64,000 bases of DNA from Bacillota bacterium (GTDB taxonomy: Bacteria > Bacillota > Clostridia > Acetivibrionales > DSM-1351). The DNA is taken from assembly GCA_023431385.1 (NCBI GenBank), contig JAEYWA010000153.1, positions 7,272 to 71,271 on the forward strand. Reading direction: 5' to 3'. How positions within the stretch are numbered: the stretch's first letter is position 1; each line of letters opens with the position of its first letter. Both the position numbers and the translations under genes were made by a program. Of this stretch, positions 57,221 through 64,000 are shown one piece after another. The notes beneath the pieces were generated by a model. It was not told the DNA's origin, made no database searches, and saw only the letters and a program-made list of their open reading frames with translations.

Positions 57221-58067
57221 ACTGTAATTCCTTCTCAACACTCTGCTTAAAAAAGGCAGTATCATTTCCAATCTCTTCCTTGTACTGAAGGAAAGCAATC
57301 TGAACCTCAACCTTGATGGAGGTATCTGTAATACCGTCAAATGCACCTTTTTCACCTACCATTGATCTGATTCTGTTCCGAACCAGCTCACCGCCGCTTT
57401 CATCACAAGTCAGTATAATTGCAAGACTGCCGTCATTATCTATACTGTACTGGTTGTCCTCTATCCTGATAGCATCACCTATAATCTCAGCTAGTCGCTG
57501 CTTGAGCTTATCAAAATTTTTCTTGGTTAGTATTTTTTTTAGTTCCTGACCATAGCGCAGTTTTATTATCATCAACGTTAAAGGCAGCTGATTTCTTCTG
57601 GTATATCTTATCTGCCTGTCTATGTCGTAATAAAAGCTTCTCAGATTATATAGACCTGTGAGAGGATCTATTAATACCAGTTCCTCTACCTGTTGTCTCA
57701 GCATGCTGTTTTCCAATTCCAGCCGGTTACGTCCCGAAATAAACAGCTTCATTGTACCGACTATGACAAGGGGAAGTATCAGCCAAGCAAAAGAGTAAAT
57801 ATTAATAGCCGTCCCTTTTTCATATAGTATAAACAGTTTATAAGCCGAATAGCAGATAATTTGAGAGCCAACCACCACTAATGCTGCAAAGTCCATTGAA
57901 AAAGTCACAAGTATTACTGCAATAACTGTTACAAATAACATCACTGAATTTTCAATCAGCAAGCCTGAACCACCTGCATATAAAACCCCCATACTACCAA
58001 TCAACGACATTAAAAACAGTAGTAAGCCAACATCCTGAATTAATATTTCATAGCGTTTATTAGGCAT
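57210..58067 (-). CDS. Membrane protein with a degenerate GGDEF domain that keeps an RxxD I-site (YdaK/PssE-like c-di-GMP receptor)
   Basis: About 4 N-terminal TM helices. The GGDEF-fold start DPLTGLYNLRSF is present. The catalytic motif is replaced by DNDGS (aa 210-214), and the D.D/FK.iND motif is absent. RIED (aa 201-204) lies exactly 5 residues upstream, which is the I-site position. Confidence 0.7.
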   Translation of the reverse strand: MPNKRYEILIQDVGLLLFLMSLIGSMGVLYAGGSGLLIENSVMLFVTVIAVILVTFSMDFAALVVVGSQIICYSAYKLFILYEKGTAINIYSFAWLILPLVIVGTMKLFISGRNRLELENSMLRQQVEELVLIDPLTGLYNLRSFYYDIDRQIRYTRRNQLPLTLMIIKLRYGQELKKILTKKNFDKLKQRLAEIIGDAIRIEDNQYSIDNDGSLAIILTCDESGGELVRNRIRSMVGEKGAFDGITDTSIKVEVQIAFLQYKEEIGNDTAFFKQSVEKELQYDV

Positions 58068-58090
58068 TATAACCTCCGTATTACGAGTAT

Positions 58091-59617
58091 TTATAATATT
58101 CTAAGCTTGTGAATCAATTCTGCTAAAATAAAATATATCAGAATATCCAGAGAAACACTAAAAAGGAAAAGATGCCTGACCATTTCAGTATCTCCACTAT
58201 TTACTATAGTAATTACAGCATTCGATATTCCAATCATTAATATTGCAAGCATGGTTTCCAGAGGTATTGCTCCTCTCGAATCATAATCTCTAAAAAGTCT
58301 AGCCGACTTCTGTCTGAACAGTAGTATGACTGCTGAAAGCAGAACCACAAGAAACCCAATGGTTTTCGGTATTGAATCAGCTTTAAATCTACTCCAGAGG
58401 GACCATAAAATACTTTTTGCCATTTTTGGCATTCCGGCACTCTTTTCATAGTTTCCACTGAAATCCCTTCTAATATTAAAAGTTGCTTTGACTGATATAT
58501 CGAGCATTGCAACCAATGACCCAGGATGTTTTAAATAGTAGTAAGCTATTTCTGCTGAATTGTAATTGTCATAGAAGCCTTGATTTAAGTCCTTATTATC
58601 AGGTTTTAACAGCGGATACTGATCGTTACTGTTTGTATCTGTTAGTATTGAATAGGAACTATCAATACCAAATTCCTTCAAAGTCTCCTCCGGATCAGTA
58701 GACTGAAGCAATACACCTCTGGACATAGCATGGTACTTACTTGACTCACTGAAGGAAGCAGGAGAATACCTCAATGAGAACATGACGCTTAGGAATAGAG
58801 CAAGTACTGCAGTACAACAACATATCTTCCATAACAGGTTTTTATTTAGAAAAATAAACTTTACACCTAATATTCCCAAAATCAAGCCTACTATAGCATA
58901 TTTAACTTCTATCGTAGTCAGTATGATCCCAAACAAAGAATACAAAATAACATAAGCAAAATTTTGCTTTTTCTGTTGTAAAGCTAACGCTGCTCCAGAG
59001 CAAAAAAGCAATGAAATAAACACCAGCGGTTCAGTATAAAAGGAACTGAAATAGGTAATATACGATACATCTGCAAAGATAAATATGCCAGTCAGCCCAA
59101 TGACAATACTTTCAGTAAATGTCATTGCCCTTTGTAATGCCTGCTTAATAACTAAAAAAACTGCCGGAATATACAGGAACCCATATAGTAAAGCTAAAAA
59201 TCTCAAATCAAATGTGCTGTCACGGGTAATAAACGTATCAAGCCATTTTGCCATGAAAACCAGAATTCGTTGTCCTGTCAGATTTGCCAAGCTACTCCCT
59301 TCCGCTGCCAGGGATAGATAGTCCTTGACATAGTAATTGAAGTAAAGGTTTTCACTGGAATCCTCTCTGTGATATATCCCTGCTGGATTCATCCTGGAGG
59401 AAAAAGAGCCATCATCAGACATTCCAAGTACAGGAGGTACAAATAGCATGATTATAAGCAGCATCAGGGATATCAAACAGGCCCCTAAGGCTACAACATT
59501 TGCAGAATACTTACCTTCCCTGTTTTGGTTTAATACGGTTATATTTTTTTTAAGGAAGGAAGTTAATCTATTTATTTTTGTAACTATAAATCGTAAAATA
59601 TTCCATTCTTTTTTCAT
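58091..59617 (-). CDS. Polytopic membrane protein of unknown function within the EPS operon
   Basis: More than 10 hydrophobic segments and no recognised motif. Co-directional, 23 nt from the next gene. Confidence 0.45.
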   Translation of the reverse strand: MKKEWNILRFIVTKINRLTSFLKKNITVLNQNREGKYSANVVALGACLISLMLLIIMLFVPPVLGMSDDGSFSSRMNPAGIYHREDSSENLYFNYYVKDYLSLAAEGSSLANLTGQRILVFMAKWLDTFITRDSTFDLRFLALLYGFLYIPAVFLVIKQALQRAMTFTESIVIGLTGIFIFADVSYITYFSSFYTEPLVFISLLFCSGAALALQQKKQNFAYVILYSLFGIILTTIEVKYAIVGLILGILGVKFIFLNKNLLWKICCCTAVLALFLSVMFSLRYSPASFSESSKYHAMSRGVLLQSTDPEETLKEFGIDSSYSILTDTNSNDQYPLLKPDNKDLNQGFYDNYNSAEIAYYYLKHPGSLVAMLDISVKATFNIRRDFSGNYEKSAGMPKMAKSILWSLWSRFKADSIPKTIGFLVVLLSAVILLFRQKSARLFRDYDSRGAIPLETMLAILMIGISNAVITIVNSGDTEMVRHLFLFSVSLDILIYFILAELIHKLRIL

Positions 59618-59637
59618 TATTCTTTATCATATCCATG

Positions 59638-61266
59638 TTAATATTTATTTTTATCAGCAACACTATACGAAAGAAGTCCAATACACTGGTCGAAGGAATA
59701 TATCCCGGTTCCGTCTGTGTTTCCAAACGCACCGTTCAGTTTATTATCAAAATCAAAAATCCTCATTGTTTCCATTCTTGCCATAGCCCTGTTTGCCAAA
59801 TCACTATCTCCCACATTGTTGGCTATCATACTAACCAGTCCGTAAATGGCAGTGGATTCATATCTGTACCCGTCCACTACTGTTCCGTCAGGCCTATACA
59901 TGGCGAAAATACCTTCCCCTTCAACAGCTGCCTTCAGCCAACTCAACGTCTGGGGCTTTATTTGTCCTATTTTTGAGAGGTGCAAAAGGGTAACCATCCC
60001 CTCTGCCATATTTAAATTTTCATTTTTATAGCTTTTCTTCCTGTAATCATATTCGGTATGGTACATTGGGAATTCGTCTCCTAAATAACCATCATTCACA
60101 ATTAAGAGACTGTTCCGGTTGACCTCATTCCACCGGGGATCTATTTCTGCCAGCATTTCCATAGCCTCAAAGTCAGCAAAGCACAGTTTTAAGCTCTGAG
60201 ACTTCTTTCGGTACTTAAAATCATAGGAGTTTATGAGTTTATTACTCTGGGTATTATACCGATACAGAGCATTTTCATAGTTTTTCAAGTTATCGGTATA
60301 TCCTCCCCACAATTTATCTGCATTATAAAGTGTTCTGAAAATCCGAAGATCATCTACAGACGAATTGACTCTGGCTGGTCCCTTTTCGTTTACTACCCAC
60401 GAGGCCAAAGGGTCCTTCCTCATTACTTTATTTATATAACTAATGCTTTTTTCAAATAAGCTTCTATTTGATGAATTGATGGCATATTCTAGAATAAGCC
60501 CCTGTGATTCACTCAAAACATCTGTATTTTCTAGATTTGATGCCTCTTCGGTTATATAGTTGGTCTTTATTCCTCCATCAGCATTTGTCAATTCATTTTC
60601 GATAAACTTTAAAGTTCCAGAAGCTCCTCCGGTAATACCATAATCAATCATAGACTTCAGTCCTTTAAGAGGTAACTCCTTGCCCGCATACCATGCTCTA
60701 AGGATACCTTGTTTATCAATTACAAAAGTTGTGGGAATAACCTTAAGTCCCAGCTGCTTGTATACTGTCAGATTTTCATCAAAAACATTAACAAAGGGTA
60801 TTTTTTTATCTTTCAAGTACGCTAGTGCTGAAGCTCTGGTCTCCTTGTAATTATCCAGTTTATTTACAAGAAGGAACTCGACTCCCGGATACTCTGAAAG
60901 AATTTTTTCTATCTCTTCATATTTTTCCAATTCCTTGTTGCAATAAGGACACCAGCTTGCCCAGAAGCTAATTACAATTGTTTTTCCCTTTAGTTCGGAT
61001 AAAGTTATTTTATCTCCGTTTTCTCTGGAAAAGGACAGGTTTGATAAATCAGTATTGAGGGTACATTTCTCTGGTAGTAGGTCCATGTTGTTTGAAAGTT
61101 GTGTATCTGCGGTTGTATTAGTTTTCTGTCCGGTTGTCTGAGAATCCGAGTATTCATTTGTCTTGCTTTTAGAAAGCAGCCATGCTGTAATAAGGCTTAC
61201 TGACACGGCTAGCATAACTATTAATAATATTCGTACTATTCTTTCCATTTTATTTAAAGAACGCAT
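59638..61266 (-). CDS. Membrane-anchored fusion of a TlpA/thioredoxin-like domain and a GH8 glycoside hydrolase (YdaJ/PssZ/BcsZ-like)
   Basis: TM anchor. Thioredoxin fold with ISFWASWCPYCNKE (CxxC). GH8 hallmarks are SESQGLILEYA (catalytic Glu context, SEGQ-like) and SSVDDLRIFRTLYNADKLW (GH8 signature region). ATG 61266 follows GGGTG; in-frame ATG 61278 is the alternative. Confidence 0.65.
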   Translation of the reverse strand: MRSLNKMERIVRILLIVMLAVSVSLITAWLLSKSKTNEYSDSQTTGQKTNTTADTQLSNNMDLLPEKCTLNTDLSNLSFSRENGDKITLSELKGKTIVISFWASWCPYCNKELEKYEEIEKILSEYPGVEFLLVNKLDNYKETRASALAYLKDKKIPFVNVFDENLTVYKQLGLKVIPTTFVIDKQGILRAWYAGKELPLKGLKSMIDYGITGGASGTLKFIENELTNADGGIKTNYITEEASNLENTDVLSESQGLILEYAINSSNRSLFEKSISYINKVMRKDPLASWVVNEKGPARVNSSVDDLRIFRTLYNADKLWGGYTDNLKNYENALYRYNTQSNKLINSYDFKYRKKSQSLKLCFADFEAMEMLAEIDPRWNEVNRNSLLIVNDGYLGDEFPMYHTEYDYRKKSYKNENLNMAEGMVTLLHLSKIGQIKPQTLSWLKAAVEGEGIFAMYRPDGTVVDGYRYESTAIYGLVSMIANNVGDSDLANRAMARMETMRIFDFDNKLNGAFGNTDGTGIYSFDQCIGLLSYSVADKNKY

Positions 61267-61381
61267 ATTAGCACCCATCTACGCGCAGAGCACGTATAAA
61301 AAAGTAATAAAAAGCCGCTTAGCGGGTTTTTGCTGCGTGAAATGCACGCTGACTACAAAATGTATTTTTCACGCTATCTCC
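61267..61381 (-). promoter_or_regulatory. Conserved 5' leader, copy B (candidate riboswitch, attenuator or operator)
   Basis: Aligns with copy A (45086-45209). It contains GCGTGAAA-N24-TTTCACGC, an alternative GCGTG-catttc-ACGC pairing, a terminator-like AAAAACCCGC-TAA-GCGGCTTTTT, and the hairpin CGTGC-TCT-GCGCG just 5' of the Shine-Dalgarno sequence. Confidence 0.55.
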
Positions 61382-61410
61382 ATATAAGCTTTCCTGATCA
61401 TTTCTTTCAA
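61382..61410 (-). promoter_or_regulatory. Sigma-A-type promoter driving leader B and the EPS operon
   Basis: Minus strand reads TTGAAA (61410..61405), a 17-nt spacer, then TTATAT (61387..61382). Confidence 0.5.
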
Positions 61411-61445
61411 AACCAATACCCTTACGTGAAAATATATGGTATCTT

Positions 61446-63221
61446 TTATGTCTTCTCAGTGTTATGGTCCTTACCCTCTAAATATGCTTCGGTAACTGTT
61501 ACCGTAACATGTCCCTTTCTGATAGCATCAAGCATATCAAAGCTGTTATTTGAAGTATTATTTATTTTCCGATCTTCTTTAGAAGAAATTTCGTGCTTTG
61601 TTTCCTGTTCTTTGTCTGCTAACGTATCTGTATTCTGACTTTGATTGTAAGTTAAGTGATTTTGATAATATCCGAAAATTTCTGTTAAGCCCGACACAGC
61701 AAGCAGTGCAAACACTGGAAGTATATTGTAATGATATCTCCCCTGACTTTCCAGTATCATATGCAGTAACGCAGTTCCGATAAAATACAATATCAATACA
61801 TGTTTTGTTCCTACGTTCTTCCTGAACCACAGGAAAATCCCCGCTACCAGTGAGAGATATACACATATGATATAATACACATTATTCCAGATGGTAATAT
61901 TATTTATTAATTCTCTTTTATGGACTGTCAGATTGCCCTGTTGTTCCAAAAACAGAAGATTCCAGTAAGCTCCATAATCATCATTCCACCAGAGCAGGGT
62001 ATATTTTTCAAACATCAGATTGGCAATGCCCAAAGGATCTTTTGTTAATCTTTTTACAGCTTCATTTCTGGAGGCCTTATGAGCCTCCTGTGCCGAGCCA
62101 GTCTCCATATATCTATCGTTTAAAAATTTGGAATCTCCATCATTCCACATACCTTTTGACTCCAGATTCAGACCAACCATCAAGTTATACCCGAAGGATA
62201 CTGTAGTGCCCGGAAGTTCTCTGTCTATGGTCCTTGCCGTTGCACCGCTGATTATTAACGAACATACCAGATAACTGACAAGTATTACTGCCGCCCCAAT
62301 CCAGCCCCTTGATATCAAGCTTTTTATCAATCCCGCCCGGGATATGTCTGAAGCTTTTGCCCTATAGGTTATTGTGCAAATCATCAAAGCTACTAATAGA
62401 ATGATTGCCACCGGTCGAACTGCACCTGCCATTGCCAAAAGTATCCCTAAAATTACAAATAAAATCAATATCCTTGAAGCTCTAACAGAAGCAGGTATTT
62501 TGAACAGGTAAGCAATAATCCAGATACAAAGGAGTGTTAAGCACATAAATACAGGCTCTGAAGCCAATTGATTTATATATAGAATCTGGGAGGGCCAAAA
62601 GGCTACAAGAAGCATGGCAAAAAATCCACCAGCCCTGCCACATATAAGGCGTCCGACTCTGTTTACAAATATTATGCTGAGTACACTTGCAGTTAAATTC
62701 AGATAAAGCCCTGCTTTTACTGAAGAGCCAAATACCATGAAAATTTTTGATAGAATATATGGATAACCTATTACATGCGGAAACTGAGATATATAATCAC
62801 AGTACCCAGCACCATCCCTTAGAAGAGTGCCGTTCGCCAATAGTTCCGCAATCTTGTAGTAGGTTTGAAAGTCAGACTCAGGCTGGACCGGTAAATTGCG
62901 TATTATCCATAAACGAACTGCTACCGCTGATATAACTACAAGAGTAATTAATATGCCCTCTACAGCCGCTATCATTTTTGGATTTTTTGGTGTAAATCTG
63001 TATAATTTATAATGTGACGCCAAAATAGCCAGTGTGTTTGATACAAGCCACAAGCCTCCCATTGCTAAAAGAATTCCACCATACCACAAAAAAGGGTATT
63101 TTGTGGAAACTCCAATACTTAATATTCCGCTGAACAAACTGAATCCTAAGCATATACCGAAAATTGTTAAGTATATATATGTAAACCAGTTCCTGCGAGT
63201 TTCCATAAGCAAAATCCTCAA
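61446..63221 (-). CDS. GT-C fold glycosyltransferase (ArnT/PMT, GT39/GT83-like) polytopic membrane protein
   Basis: About 12 TM helices. The first extracytoplasmic loop has acidic residues (PESDFQTYYKIAELLANG). Large loop and polar C-terminal tail. Confidence 0.5.
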   Translation of the reverse strand: MRILLMETRRNWFTYIYLTIFGICLGFSLFSGILSIGVSTKYPFLWYGGILLAMGGLWLVSNTLAILASHYKLYRFTPKNPKMIAAVEGILITLVVISAVAVRLWIIRNLPVQPESDFQTYYKIAELLANGTLLRDGAGYCDYISQFPHVIGYPYILSKIFMVFGSSVKAGLYLNLTASVLSIIFVNRVGRLICGRAGGFFAMLLVAFWPSQILYINQLASEPVFMCLTLLCIWIIAYLFKIPASVRASRILILFVILGILLAMAGAVRPVAIILLVALMICTITYRAKASDISRAGLIKSLISRGWIGAAVILVSYLVCSLIISGATARTIDRELPGTTVSFGYNLMVGLNLESKGMWNDGDSKFLNDRYMETGSAQEAHKASRNEAVKRLTKDPLGIANLMFEKYTLLWWNDDYGAYWNLLFLEQQGNLTVHKRELINNITIWNNVYYIICVYLSLVAGIFLWFRKNVGTKHVLILYFIGTALLHMILESQGRYHYNILPVFALLAVSGLTEIFGYYQNHLTYNQSQNTDTLADKEQETKHEISSKEDRKINNTSNNSFDMLDAIRKGHVTVTVTEAYLEGKDHNTEKT

Positions 63222-63465
63222 AAGTCCTTTAGCCTGTATTTTCTTTTAATATTTTAATTTTTAACAACTCTGGCTTCCCTAGTGAAAAAATGTCGTCTTT
63301 TAATAATTTATCATAAATATTGGGAATTGAACAGTTCAAAGTTATTTTCTTATCTAAATAATTATTTTAAACATATTTTTAACATATTGAAGCTGAATTA
63401 TTACACACCAATTTTTTTGATATGGAATATGATGTATTAAATATCTGAACAAAGGAGCTGTTCTT

Positions 63466-64000
63466 TTGGAATATTATATAAGAACCGAACCGGATGTAAA
63501 AATTTTTGTCCACGACATTAACCCAAATGGCAGAAAGACAATTCTTTTTATTCATGGCTGGCCTTTAAACCACCGAGCCTATGAATATCAGTTCAACAAG
63601 CTCCCTGCCATGGGATTCAGATGTATTGGAATGGACACCAGAGGCTTTGGTAACTCCAGCAAGCCTTTTTCCGGTTATACATATAACCGAATTGCCGACG
63701 ATATAAGGGGAGTGGTTAACGCACTGAACCTGAAGAACTTTGTGTTGGGTGGACATTCCATGGGCGGCGCTGCTGCTATCCGTTATATGTCTCGCTATAA
63801 CGGCTATGGAGTAACAAAGCTTGCTCTTTTTGGCGCTGCCGCACCAAGTCTAACACAGAGGCCCGGCTTTCCATATGGCCATCCAAAAGAGAATATTACA
63901 CAAATAGTCGAGAGTTCTCTCAGAGACAGGCCTCAAATGCTGAGAGATACTGCTCCCATGTTCTTTACAAAGCCCATCACCCCGCCTCAGTCAGACTGGT
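63466..64000 (+). CDS. Alpha/beta hydrolase (arylesterase / non-haem haloperoxidase-like), 3'-truncated at the window edge
   Basis: Not in the track. Translation from TTG 63466 (AAAGGAG 8 nt upstream) gives EYYIRTEPDVKIFVHDINPNGRKTILFIHGWPLNHRAYEYQ...LGGHSMGGAAAIRYM, with HGWP and the GxSxG nucleophile elbow. Confidence 0.75.
   Translation, partial: MEYYIRTEPDVKIFVHDINPNGRKTILFIHGWPLNHRAYEYQFNKLPAMGFRCIGMDTRGFGNSSKPFSGYTYNRIADDIRGVVNALNLKNFVLGGHSMGGAAAIRYMSRYNGYGVTKLALFGAAAPSLTQRPGFPYGHPKENITQIVESSLRDRPQMLRDTAPMFFTKPITPPQSDW

Noticed and set aside
61267-61381. Assigning the duplicated leader to yybP-ykoY (Mn2+), c-di-GMP-I or c-di-GMP-II riboswitches
   Set aside because: GGAGATAGCGTG and AGCAAAAACC loosely recall the yybP-ykoY L1 strands (GGGGAGUAGCGUC / UAGCAAGACC). 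However, the closing P1 pairing, the four-way junction and the UUGACAUA element are absent. No GEMM-type GGCAAACC/ACGCAAAGC motif and no c-di-GMP-II ACCGACC motif is present. It remains unclassified until a covariance-model scan is run.
1-64000. Mobile elements, prophage, integrons or toxin-antitoxin/defence islands
   Set aside because: I recognised no transposase, integrase, recombinase, phage structural protein, restriction/modification protein or Cas protein in any frame. I also saw no long terminal inverted repeats. The window looks like core or accessory chromosomal DNA.

Overview
This 64-kb window looks like chromosomal DNA from a low-GC Firmicute of Clostridia type. The basis is AT-rich intergenic DNA, GGAGG-type ribosome-binding sites, and SpoVB-like, RsbRST, YdaJKLMN-like and YitJ-like genes. 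I cannot assign a species without a database search. I support about 55 protein-coding genes, most on the minus strand. I saw no rRNA, tRNA, CRISPR array, transposase, integrase or phage gene.

Three things stand out.

(1) Positions 1-12886 hold a tightly packed, co-directional 14-gene cluster: cheY, an 84-aa ORF, a soluble MCP with two signalling domains, a triple-CheW protein, cheB, rsbR, rsbS, rsbT, a HATPase/PP2C fusion, a HisKA kinase, a REC protein, an Hpt protein with a STAS-like C-terminus, a HEAT-repeat protein, and cheR (truncated at the edge). A complete stressosome module and a separate phosphorelay therefore sit inside a chemotaxis-type operon, and no CheA is present in the window.

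(2) Positions 52100-63221 hold an exopolysaccharide locus syntenic with B. subtilis ydaJKLMN and similar in logic to Listeria pss. It has a GH8 hydrolase, a degenerate GGDEF protein that keeps its I-site, a YdaL-like protein, a processive GT2 and a BcsB-like protein. Unusual additions are a thioredoxin-GH8 fusion, an inserted polytopic membrane protein and a GT-C enzyme.

(3) A conserved 5' leader of about 120 nt occurs twice: upstream of the EPS operon and upstream of a HAD-phosphatase/glycerol-1-phosphate-dehydrogenase operon. I could not match it to any riboswitch class I know.

The rest is ordinary: two-component systems, TetR/MerR regulators, three MFS pumps, an FHA-RodA-PBP trio, metabolic genes, a DEAD-box helicase and two tandem MCP paralogs. 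Domain calls come from motifs read by eye in the supplied translations. No searches were run.
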